Part shown: positions 16,560 through 34,450 of the stretch, piece after piece | Layout of the letters: each line of letters opens with the position of its first letter | Position numbering within the stretch: position 1 is the first letter of the stretch | DNA from: the human T2T-CHM13v2.0 reference genome, Homo sapiens | Assembly (NCBI RefSeq): GCF_009914755.1 | Contig: NC_060925.1 | Strand: one strand, 5' to 3' | DNA length: 64,000 nucleotides | Translations under genes and position numbers: made by a program | The notes under the pieces: model-generated | The model's input: only the letters and a program-made list of their open reading frames with translations | What the model was told of the DNA's origin: nothing | The model's database searches: none

Positions 16560-17360
16560 AGGACCCTGTGCTAACCTCTAGCAGAAAGAAAGGCAGAGAA
16601 GGAGCATGGGATGTGGTTTGACAAAAAGGATGAGGAGAAATTGAATGTTAAGAGTTGATGCCAGATTGCATGATATTGAGAAGTAAATGGGTAAACAGAG
16701 GATAAAGTGAAATCCAATTGCATACTAAAAAAAAAATGTGCACACAAAAGAGGAAGAAAAGGAGGCAATGACCAAAATGGGTACCTGTGTGAAAGAAAGT
16801 TGTTTGTTATTTTTCTTTTGTTTTGTTTGGAGATGAAAAGAAATGAGCCCTCATGGGGGGAGAGAGAAAGAAAGAGAGAGAGAGAAGATATCAAGAGAGT
16901 AGGAATGTATTTATTGCAGCTAGCTTCCTGATAAAGTAGGAGAGTTACAAATTGAGGGGTTAGTGCTTTGAGAAGGTAAAATGGTTACTCTGAAACAGGA
17001 AGATGAGAAACTGCTTGTAGGAAATATATTTAGGTAGAAATATTCATGCTTATGATCTCTGTCTGAAGTGGGAGAACATATTATTCATTAAGAGTGAAGA
17101 CATAGGGTAAAAATGTGAAGTAATTTTTATGGCGACATTTACTAGAATCAATGAGGTATTGCTAATATGAATCAATAGGAATCAGGTTGGATTTCGTAAC
17201 TCCAAGAGGCCCCGACAAACCACCATAAAGAGCTGAGAAGTTGGGTGGTGGGGATAATGAAGGGCTGGATATTGACAGTGACTACAGGTGAAAATGGTGG
17301 CGGAACATGCTGGGAAGGGCATCATTGAAACAATGATCGTGAAGACCCAGAAGGGAAAGC
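16560..17360 (-). mobile_element. L2 internal fragment
   Basis: GCCAGATTGCATGATATTGAGAAGTAAATGGG and downstream purine-rich motifs typical of antisense L2. Confidence 0.5.
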
Positions 17361-17620
17361 ACAATCCCTAAGAAGACCAAGTGGGAAGAGAGCATTTTCA
17401 CGATGCCTAAAACGTCTTTCTTAATTAGAGACCCTCAGATGGACATTTTTGCATGAGATGGAAAGTGTGTGGTAGGCAGGGACCACACAAGTATTCCTTT
17501 GTCTTACCTCTCATTTGTGGTCTTCCTTGGCCATCCATTTGATATTATTACTGTGGGCCCTGCTACACCACTACCAAATGGTTTCATATGTGCACAGGCT
17601 CTTTCTAAACAAACTGTTGC

Positions 17621-17925
17621 TTTTTTTGTTGTTTGTTTTAGAGACAGGGTCTCACTCTGTTGCCCTGTTACTCAGGCTGGAGTGCAGTGGCATGATCATA
17701 GTTCATTGCAACCTCAAACTCCTGGGCTCAAGCAGTCCTCCACCTCAGCCTCTTGAGTAGCTGGGACAATAGGCACACACTATCACACCTGGCTAATTTT
17801 TGTATTTTTTGTAGAGATGAGTCTCACTGTGTTACCCAGGCTGGTCTCAAACTCCTAGCCTCAAGCATTCCTGCCTTGGCCTTCCAAACAGCTGGGATTA
17901 CAGGCACAAGCCACCTCACCCAGCC
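17621..17925 (-). mobile_element. AluJ
   Basis: GAGACAGGGTCTCACTCTGTTGCC...CTCCTGGGCTCAAGCAGTCCTCC antisense dimer. Confidence 0.93.
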
Positions 17926-17985
17926 TGTTACCTTCTTGAGGGAACAGATTCTGTTTTTGTAAACATCTGTTTTAGTAGGGATATG

Positions 17986-17987
<2 letters not shown>

Positions 17988-18023
<36 letters not shown>
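17988..18023. repeat. (GT)18 microsatellite
   Basis: Perfect dinucleotide run. Confidence 0.97.
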
Positions 18024-18026
<3 letters not shown>

Positions 18027-18827
18027 ACATTCATGGAATTCTATAAATAAAGAAGGTATTGAGTAAATAGACTCCATATTTGGGTGAATTTGAGAGAAAA
18101 GCTGCAGATCATCTGCTAGCTATGCCCTAGTGCTCACCAGTTGTAACATAAAATGTTGCCATTAGACTATATTGACATCTAAAATGGTTTGTATTTCTAT
18201 AGTGAAGTGCAATTGCCATACAAGAAACAGAATATGTGTTGTTTGTGTCTCTGGTGGAAATAACCAGTGCTGGGACTACTGCTGGGATTATGCTTATTTT
18301 TTTAAATGTGGTGTTAATAATAAGATTTCTTTCAAATATTTTTAAAATGTGTTTTTCTGCTGCTTTATAATGAAGCCAAGAGAGAAAATGAGAGTGAGAG
18401 GGCAAGAGAAACAATGAAAGACAGGGAAAATGAGAGAGGGGGAGATTAATTCATTCTATGTCTCTCTATGTCTCTGAACCACCTGTTTATTTCAATAAAG
18501 AATGATTATTGGATTGTTCTTGAATGTCACTGAAATAAATTTAAAAAGACATAAATAAATGGAAAGACATTCTGTGTTTATGGATTGGAATAATTAATAT
18601 TGTTAAGATGGCAGTATTATCCAAATTGAACTACAGATTTAACACCTTTATTAAAATACCAGCTGCTTCCCTTTTTTGCAGAAATTGACAAGCTGATCCT
18701 AAAATTTACATGAAAAAGCGAAGGACCCAAGATGATACTGAAAAAGAAGAACAAATTGGAAAGCTCACACTTTGTGATTCCAAAACTTATTACAAAGCTA
18801 CGATAAGCAAGCTATTTAAATCAATGT

Positions 18828-18985
18828 TAGCAGTGCGTGGGGGTGTGTGCCTGTAGTCCTAGCTACTAGTCCTAGGCTGGGGCAGGAGGATCGCCTGAGC
18901 CCAGGAGTTTGAGGCTGCAATGAGCTGTGATTGTACCACTGCACTCCAGCCTGGGTGACAGAGCAAGATCTTGTTCAAAAATCAA
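18828..18985 (+). mobile_element. Alu right monomer (FRAM-like or truncated AluJ) inside L1MB
   Basis: GCCTGTAGTCCTAGCTACT...GAGCCCAGGAGTTTGAGGCTGCA...CAGAGCAAGA. Confidence 0.85.
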
Positions 18986-19170
18986 TCAACCAGTCGATCA
19001 GTCAATCCATGGAATAGAATTGAGAATCCAGAAACAAGTTCATACGTTTACGATCAATTGACTTTCAACAAGGGTACTAAGATAATTCAAAGGAGGAAAG
19101 AATAGTCTTTTCAACAAATGTTGCTGGAACAACTGAATAGCCACATGCGAAAGAATAAAATTTGACACCT

Positions 19171-19290
19171 ATTTCACAGAATATACAAAAATTAATTTAA
19201 AATGGATCCAATTTCATATAATAGACAAAAATTAATTTAAAATGGATGAAATTTCATATAATATACAAAAATTAATTTAAAATGGACCTA
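19171..19290. repeat. 3 x 40 bp tandem repeat within L1MB
   Basis: ATTTCA(C/T)A(G/T)AATA(T/G)ACAAAAATTAATTTAAAATGGA units at 19171, 19211 and 19251. Confidence 0.95.
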
Positions 19291-21599
19291 GATATAAGAA
19301 AACTATACAACTCTTAGAATAAAATATAGATGTAAATCATCATGGCCTTGGATTATACAATGGATTCTCAAATATAACATCAAAAGCAAAGCACAATCAA
19401 GAAAAAAATGCATAAATCAGACTTCCTAAAAATTGAAAGCTTTTGTGTTACAAAGAACACTATTAAGAAGCAAGAAGACAACCCACAGGAATGGAGAAAA
19501 TATTTTCCAATCACATATGTGATAAGAATGAATACATACCTTAAAATTCACAATTAAAGAACAAATAACGCAATTTAAAAATGGACAAAATAGCTGAATA
19601 AATATTTCTCTAAAGCAGATATATAGATGGACAATAAGCATATGTAAATCTGTACAACATCATTAGCCATAAGGAAAAAAGTAATTATGAATACAGTCAG
19701 TGAGATATCACATCACATCTACTAGGGTGGTTATAACTAACAAGATAATAACAAGTGTTGGTGAAGATGTGGAGAAATTACAACTCTTGTACATTTTGTA
19801 CATTGCTGTTGGGAATGTAAAATGGTGCAGACACTTTGGAACAATCTGGCAGTTCCTCAAAATGTTAAATATAGAGTTATGACCCAGAAATTCCACTCCT
19901 ATGAAGATACTCAAGAGAAATGAAACATGTTCACAAAAAAATTGTGCACAAGTGTTTCTAGCAGAATTATTCATAATAGTCCAAAAGTGGAAGCAACCCA
20001 AATGTCCATTAACTGATGAATGTATAAAATGTAGTACACCTACACCAAGGGACATTATTCAGGCATAAAAATGATTAAAGTACTGGTACATGCCAAAACA
20101 TGGATGGACCTTGAAAACACTATGCTAGGTGAAAGAAGACAGACATAAAAGGCCACATATTATATGATTTTATTTATGTAAAATGTCCAGAATAAGCAAA
20201 TCCAGAGAGATAGAAAGTAGATTGATGGTTGTTAGGGGCTAGGAGGAAGGGAAAAGGCAAGTGACTGCTAATAGTATGGATTTCTTTTAGGGGTGATGAA
20301 AATGTTCTGGAATTATATAGTAGTGATGACTACATAACTTTGTGAATATTCTAAAAACCACTGAATTGCTCACTTAAAAAGGGTGAATTTTATGGTATGT
20401 GGGTTATATGTCAGTAATTTTTAAAAAGAACAATCCTTAAATTTTGATTAAATGGAGGAAAAATAAAGCAAACCAATTGCTTGATTACATCATCTGGCTA
20501 TTTGACTGGGTCATATTGTACTAGCATGTTGATTTGGTTTGTCAACCCAACAGCCCCACATAGCTTTAGTCAGAGGTGAAGAGAGAAGGATCATTTTATG
20601 TCTTGACTGCCTATTAGCCTGTATGCTACAATGGCTGAGGCTGTCTCTTTTTATTGTACTTGTAAATATGCACTGAGGCTCTTAAATAATGGACAGAGCC
20701 AATAAACATAATGAATAGATTAATAATAAAACCAAATCATGAAAGGAAAAGAGCAAATGACTGGCGTGCACTGTTGTCAGAACAAATTCACCGAAGTGAG
20801 AAAAACAGCCTGTTGGATTCAGCTGCTAAGGAACAGCAATTTATTTAGAAAGCAGCTGCCTCTCCAGAATGGATTATTTTCTGATAAAAGTGATGAATAT
20901 GTATGCATGAAAGGAAGAGGGACTGGTTAAAGATTGCATGCAGGATAACTCAATTGATTCCTTTCAGAATAGTGCGACTTGGCAGTGAATCAGTACCATT
21001 GGCAGGGCATGTGCTTTTCTGCAGCAGTGTGTATGGAGTTGAAACACACTTTTCTACCTTGCCCTCCATATTGTACTAGCTTATCATGACCCACAAAGTG
21101 AGAGAAAAGACTATTTCCATAAGGATTTAGGATTGGGTCATTTTCATGCCACTTCTGTCACTGATATAGTTTATGAATGTAAATAGTCACTACACTCCTT
21201 TGAACTGCTCATTCGAAGAAGGGGATTTAAGAGCAGATCGTGTGTCATGAAGAACAGAGTGCCATGCATAAGATTTCTGCAGAACAAACAAACAGAAACA
21301 AAACCTCACAAAATTAACAATAAACTTTTACTACCACAAGTCGCCAGGAGTGAGTGAAGTTACAAGATGTCACTAAAGCTATGGGCCTTGGGTATGTAGG
21401 TGAGAAACCTTTCTATATTCTTATTTCTTTTTGATCTGTAGATAAAAGAACAAAAGCTTCTCTCAGTGGCCAAGAAGTCTCCTCCCCATTCGCAGAGCCT
21501 AAACATGATGGGACAGAACCAGGATTCCCACCCTGCCTCTGGCCATATCCTCTTTGGTTGTACCAGCCAGGAGCTTTGAAATAGCTGAGTGGCAATGAA

Positions 21600-21800
21600 G
21601 TAAGGGTCAGATTCCAGGTTATCCCAGTTCTAATAACTATTTGACCTTGGGCACATTACTGACTTTTTAAACCTCAGCTTCCTTATCTGTACGATGGAGA
21701 TAATTATAGTATCTAATCTACAGAAGTGTCTGGGGATTAATTGAGACAATAAATGGAGCTTTGGACATGGAGTAGTCAGTACATATTAAGCTGTTGTTGA
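21600..21800 (+). mobile_element. MIR
   Basis: Core TGACCTTGGGCAC...CCTCAGCTTCCTTATCTGTACGATGGAGATAAT. Confidence 0.8.
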
Positions 21801-22448
21801 TATCCCTCTCTCCTTGCCTAAATATTCCCTCTATATACATGTAAGAGGGGAGAGATTTAGTTACTAGTTTAGAATATCAAATGTGAATATAAGTCACTAG
21901 AAAAAGAATGACTCTACCTATAATTTGGGACTGTATTCTGAAATTTTGAAACTCTATTGAATTGTTGAAAAAAATTCTGGAATTCACCTCCTCTGGAATA
22001 ATTTGGCTCAGCTTAACAACCCACAAGGCAGGTACAGGTGACAGGAAAACCTGGGGATCAACTAACTATTCCACTGCCTCATCCTGTGATACACACAGGA
22101 GGTAGAGACACCAAGAATAAAATGTTCAGTGTAGGAGAGTTGGAAGAAGGCAACTTTCCATGTGGTTACTCTACTCCCCTGAATGATCCTGATTGCAGAG
22201 AAAGCTAATCACAGTTTTCCAAGGGTGCATCCAGGATTCATTGATTCAGCAGCTCAACTACTTCTTTTGCTGGCAGCCTTTGGTATTTCTGCAGTTTGGG
22301 GTTTAGGGAGAAAAATAACATTAGACACCAAAAGAAATGAGGTTATGTCATCATGGCACATGAGTGTTCATCTGACTTTTTTCAGGGAGGATTGTGGTAA
22401 AATGGAGTTACTGAGTATCCTTATAAAGCATTGCTAAATTTTCAATTT

Positions 22449-22452
<4 letters not shown>

Positions 22453-22480
<28 letters not shown>
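22453..22480. repeat. (GT)14 microsatellite
   Basis: Perfect dinucleotide run. Confidence 0.97.
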
Positions 22481-22483
<3 letters not shown>

Positions 22484-23159
22484 ATGCTTGTCTTATATGA
22501 CAGGCACATGGTTTCTTTAACTGGAAGGACTTTGTTTCATCAACAGCCTTATAGAGCAACCACTATGCATAAAGCATAACTTTAAGCTTTGCATAAAATT
22601 GTTTGTTTTATGCAAACTTAAGGGTTTCCCAGTGAGGAAAAGCTGTTTTAGAAGAGGAGTAGCTACTATTCTTTTTCTGAGGAGGATAAAATATGACCCC
22701 CTTATCGTGAAAAAGTCACAGAGGTTCATGCTACTGTCACAGACAGCTAACATGAAAAATTGATCTTTTTCTCTTTATGTTGTTTGTAAGAAAATAAGTA
22801 AAAGCCGCAGCAGCAGCAGTTGAGCCAAGGGGAAGGTGATGCAGGTTCTAGATTTAGTCCTAACAGTTAAGCAGGGTAAAGAATACTTGTGGCTATGACC
22901 GAGGGAAGTTGTGGCAGATGGGTAAAGCTTTTCATATTAAGATAGCCTGAAGTCCCTGATTTGTCTCAATAAGATGTTTAGGGAGTGTTAACAATATAAG
23001 AACTCAAGATGAGTTAGAAAGGAACCTTTGCAAAAACCTAAGGATATAAATCAGGGCTGGATTGAACATTCATAAATAACAATGTGAGAAAGATTGCTGA
23101 TTTTACCTAAGTGACTTCTTTGAATCTTGTATTTTTCATACATTTGTTATATCATTTTA

Positions 23160-29305
<6,146 letters not shown>

Positions 29306-30169
29306 TGTTGTATCATTTTAAATGGCTGTGTTTAATGTTGGCTATTTAAATAAGGATTTTGCTTTTGTTTTAAAAATGAAGAATAATGTAAGAGATATCA
29401 TGGCAATCTTTCTCTTTCAGGTTACCTGGCTGCTTGAATCATGAGAGAGATAATTATTAAATATTAGTATAAAGGAAAATTTAAGAAAGCAATTGACTGT
29501 TTTCTCTCTGAAAAGGGCCAACTTTGATTCCCAACACTCTCTAGACAATTTTAGGTATTTGCTTGTTATTATCTTTATTACCTCTTATTTCTCCCTTTTT
29601 CTTCCATTTTTCATAGTATTCTAAGGTAGTATCTAACCTAAAGCTTCCTGTTTTAACTACACTTCATTTCTTGTCTAGCATACACAAAAGAAAGAAAAGT
29701 CACTAGTGTTTGTCTTGGCGTAAGTAGTGAGAAATGAGGAAGGAAAGAGGAAGGGTATTAAGACTAGAAAACAAAACTAAAAAGACCAGAGAGACATGCT
29801 GTCTGCATTCCCCAGCCCCTAGACATGAAGATCCACACAGGAGGAAAAGTAGAGAAAAGCAAGGAGGGAGGTTCATCAGTCTGGATGGCCCAGAGAAGCA
29901 CAACCATGCTAGCTTCTGTCACACTGCCTGGACATTGGCTGGGTCTGTCAGTGCCTCAGGTCAGAAGGCAGACTCTCACCCAGGAAATTGCCTAAATTCT
30001 ACAATCAGCTTGTTGTCAAATGATGCATTATATTTCTGTAGCTGCAAAATTTCTCATATCTATTTTGTTATCTGTCTGAGGTCTCTTTACCTCTCAGGAT
30101 TTTGAATGTGTCCTCAAATTATGAAAACCTGGTGGTTAATAAAATCTAAGCCCAGCTCAGAAGGAGACT

Positions 30170-30570
30170 GTTCATTTACCCAACAAATGCTTATAAAATT
30201 CCTGCCATTGTTGACCTGGTACTGTTACAGCTACTGGGAATGCAAAGATAAGGAAGGCAGCATGTCCTCTTTCTACCATGTGTGCTGAGAAAGATGCTGT
30301 AGAAAAGACTGATACTTAAACAGTACTATTGTAAGATAGATAAACATGAAGATAAGGGACATGCACTGTAATGAAAGAACACAGCAAGGGTGCTTGACTC
30401 AGGAGGGGTTGTCAGGGAAAACTTCCCAGGGCAAGAGACATTTTAGGGAGACCTAAAAAGTGTACAGGTATTGGTCTGGTGAAGAAGAAGGTGAAAAGGT
30501 TATCAGTCAATAGGAACAGCATATGGACAAGTCCAAAGGTGAAAGAATCTCCACTGTGGCTGGAGAACGG
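30170..30570 (-). mobile_element. L2 3' end
   Basis: TTCATTTACCCAACAAATGCTTAT...GTCAGGGAAAACTTCCCAG...AGGAACAGCATATGGACAAG. Confidence 0.6.
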
Positions 30571-31124
30571 AGTATGTGTGCCCGTGTGTGCCTGTGTGTG
30601 CGTGTGTGTGTGCACACTCTCATGGGTGTATGTGATGGGGGGAAGGCGGTAGCAGGAGACATGTCAGACATAAACCATGGTCAACCCAGTAGCCAATCTC
30701 CTACTTCTTCCCAGATAAACATGCAGTGGATATTTCTTAACCTCAGGGAAGAGAGCCTCTACCCAGCCTACAGAATAAGTCATGATTGGCCTAACCAGTT
30801 TTAGAAATCTCATTGCTGTCCTGAACAATGATTGCTCTATTAGCAAGCATATGAAAAGAACAGTCTCCTCTTGAGAGGGCCACAGGGTACTGCTATCCTC
30901 TGAGGAGAACTGGACTTCAATTAAAGCCAGAGGAGAAAGAACAATGAGTTACTGATGGAGAGGAGTTTATCAGTCACAGGACAGATTCCATGAAAAGTTT
31001 GGGTGGGAAGGCAACAGTGGGAAATTGAGTCAAAGGCACAGAACACAGAGATGTGAGTGGAAATGTAGGTAACAGGAAAGGATTTCACTGGGTGCTGAGA
31101 AAGGAAAAATGGACGTGGCAAAAA

Positions 31125-31600
31125 GGAGTTAGCTAATTAGGATCCTTCTAGCTGAAAGTAACAGAGTGCTCCTTCAATCAGTATAATATGGTAAAGAAGG
31201 ATTTGGTAGAAGGATACAAGGGTCTCTCATAGAACCCAAGGGCAAGAGTGCAGCTGGATCTGCAGAAGAAGCTAGAAGCAGGAACGGTTCCCATGTCTTT
31301 GCTTCTCTGCCCATTTGCTTCCTTCTTATCTCTACATGCAACTCATTTTTTCTGCTTTTTTGTCCACAGAGTAAACAGAGATCCCAAATTTACATGTTCT
31401 ATTTCTAACCAACTGAGCAATCAACTTGCTAACTCTCAGATCCAATTCTAAAACCTCAGGAGAGAAAATCTGATTGTCACAGCTTGGGTAGGAATCCATT
31501 CCCCTTCCAGTCAGCCACAAAGGTGGAGTCACATGGTACAAACATGACAGCTAGCAGTGAACTGCTATGGAGCAGGAGTGCTGTCCCCAGTTGTGATTCA
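31125..31600. mobile_element. Ancient ERVL/MaLR-type LTR fragment
   Basis: GAAAGTAACAGAG...AATCTGATTG...GAGTCACATGGTACAAACATG motifs resembling LTR33/MLT1-class elements. Confidence 0.45.
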
Positions 31601-31962
31601 GGAAGTTAAGTCCAATGCACTCAAGATCATTAATCCTTCAGGTGCTTTTTGGATATAGGAAGCTGGCAATGGTGGAGGCCTTCTCTGATCTCTCAGGAAT
31701 TAGCTTACTCCTGGGTAGGTTATCTTGCTGAGTCTTTTCAGAGGTTTCATGGCTGTGGAGGCCTCAGTTTTTCTATATGATCTGTACTATGATCCAGAAT
31801 GGGTAAGGCAGATCAAGGGAGAGACTTAGCTTTCAAGTTAATAGCTTCTAAGGGAGTGACAAGGCATGTAGTAGATTCGTGTCCCTGCAGTAGGGGTGGT
31901 GAAATTCCCTCTCTTTCCTCCAAGCAGTAACTACCCTTTGCTCTCCAGGTTACCCTATACTG

Positions 31963-32148
31963 CAGAGGTTCTTAACCTTTTGTAGACATCAGAATCAATT
32001 GGAAAGCTTGTTAATGTTCAGATTCCTGGGTCCAATCTTTAGTAATTATAATTTAGTGGTTTGGGACAATACCTAGTAATCATCTTAAACAAGCACCCCA
32101 GGTGATTCTGATGCATAAAGTCTTTGAACTACACTTTGGGAAATTTGA
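31963..32148. mobile_element. MER5-type hAT-Charlie miniature element
   Basis: CAGAGGTTCTTAAC start, CATCAGAATCA, AACAAGCACCCCAGGTGATTCTGATGCA, CACTTTGGGAAA end. Confidence 0.8.
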
Positions 32149-32719
32149 CATTACAGGCTTGATAACTTCAGGGCCCAAATAATGCAACCAGCTAAAAGTC
32201 ACTCCTTATAGCTACGTATAACTCATTTGATATCCCTACATATATCAAATTATTTCATTTGTTAACTCAAATTTGCACTAAATACAAAAACATATCTTTT
32301 TGGCATCATGTTTTGTTTATATTTATCAGTCTTACTCCCAGTGTAGAAATTGCCACTTCATCCATTTTTGATGGATGCTTCTGACTATATTTTCTCAGCA
32401 AATCTTTTCCTTTTGACAGTCATTCATCTGATGATCTTACTGTTTAGATCGCTTGGATAACATGCTTGTCGAGTAAGGATAAGGAGTGTTTTGCTTTGTG
32501 ACCTAACTTATTTCTACTCCTTTTTAGTTACAGGCAGAGTTTTTAAAACATGCAACAAATAAAAATGTTAGGTTGAGTAATAAAACAGAATCAGGTGTCC
32601 CAAATTACTTGTTTACTGTGAAAAATAATATTTGTTTCTGTTATCCCAGAATACTAGAGGTGTCAGAGAACTTAGAATTCATTATTTAATTCAAATTTGG
32701 TTGGCCATAATCACATGAA

Positions 32720-32830
32720 CTACTATTTATTGAGTACCTACTATGTGCATGGTATTTTAGGTGCTTCGCATGCATTGTTTCACGTAATCCTCACAATAAC
32801 ACCAGAGGGAAGGAACATTATTCCTCATGG
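32720..32830 (-). mobile_element. MIR 3' fragment
   Basis: ATTTATTGAGTACCTACTATGTGC...TAATCCTCACAATAACC. Confidence 0.75.
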
Positions 32831-32929
32831 AACCAGGCTTTTAAAAGCATCTCAATAGCCCTGATAAATGAGGACAATCAATTAAGAAGGATAAATATAA
32901 TGCCATTTACCTGGTTTCTAAACCCAGCT

Positions 32930-33781
32930 GCACAAGTCTGGAATGAGTAAGATTGGACTGCACAGTGGTTTACAGGAGACAACATGGGTGCTTCAGTTGA
33001 CTATTAGTTACATTGGTGTCAGAGGAACCACTGCCAGAAAAGTTAAGTGTCCGTAAGTATATGAACAGAAGCCTTGTCCAGCTCTACTCTGTGTTGGTTT
33101 TGCCTCACTGTTGTGTGGGGTTCTTTCCAGGCTCTGCATGTTATGAGAAATTTTGGCTAACCAGACCCCAAGAGAAGAGATGGAGGATCTTGAAAAACAT
33201 TTATTTGAAGAACACTTAAAGGAATAGACAATATTAGATCCCAAATAACATGAAAGCTGCTTCAAATACTTGAAGGGCTGTGAGATGGACTCATGAAGGA
33301 ACTATGTGTGGCTCTGAGAGCAGCAAAAGGCACTATGAGTAGACATCACAGGAAAGCAATTTTCTTTCTTTCTCTTTTTCTTTCTTCTTTTTCTTTTTTC
33401 TTTTTCTTTTTCTTTTTTTTTTCTTTTTTTTTTTTTTTTTGAGACATAGTGTTGCTGTGTTGCTCCAGTTGATCTGAAACTCCGGGCCTCAAGCCAACCT
33501 CCCACCTCAACTTCCTGAGTAGTTGGGATTAGAGGCTTGAGCTATCACACTAGGCTGGCTGAAATCTCAACACGGTACAAAGGAACACTTTCCAGCAATA
33601 CCAGCTGTCCAACTGTGGGGTGGGCTGCTGTGGGAGGCAGCAGGCTCCCTATCACTGGAGGCACCATGGAGAGGTGGAACACCATTTACCCTGGAGGTTT
33701 GGGAGGAAATTCATTCCTGGATATGGGATGGTGTCTTATGATCTTTCGAGTTCCTTTCCAACTTTGAGAATTCGTTATTCT
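32930..33781 (+). mobile_element. L3/CR1 3' end, interrupted by an Alu monomer
   Basis: ORF 33013 fragment MNRSLVQLYSVLVLPHCCVGF resembles CR1 LYSALVRPHLEYCVQFW; terminus GTTCCTTTCCAACTTTGAGAATTCGTTATTCT resembles the CR1 3' end. Confidence 0.75.
33359..33556 (-). mobile_element. FLAM-like Alu monomer with ~80-bp T/CT-rich tail
   Basis: Long pyrimidine tract then GAGACA...CCTCCCACCTCAACTTCCTGAGTAGTTGGGATTA. Confidence 0.85.
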
Positions 33782-33923
33782 GGGGCAACAAACAGGTATT
33801 AGGAAACTACTATGCAAGAGATCCTATATCAGTGCTTCGAAGGACAAAAAAAATGAATAAGGCGTAATTCTTGCCTTCAAATGACTTACCAACTAGTGGA
33901 TCAACAGGTTAAAAAATAAATAC

Positions 33924-34450
<527 letters not shown>

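Larger units (their letters stand above)
18525..20428 (+). mobile_element. L1MB-type 3' portion
   Basis: Decayed ORF2 C-terminus (MRYHITSTRVVIT...VGEDVEKL) and 3'UTR ending TTTTATGGTATGTGGGTTATATGTCAGTAA. Confidence 0.85.

Noticed and set aside
19171-19290. CRISPR-like repeat array
   Set aside because: Head-to-tail tandem units without unique spacers, inside an L1 in a primate genome.
30660-30900. Possible LTR16/33-like fragment
   Set aside because: Resemblance too weak to support without a profile search.
31742-31808. Possible small exon (TTTTCAG|AG...TGG|GTAAGG) and isolated donors at ~8482 and ~37045
   Set aside because: No recognisable coding content or partner sites; such motifs occur by chance in 64 kb.
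33302-33505. Lysine/arginine-rich ORF
   Set aside because: Translation of an Alu monomer and its A-rich tail.
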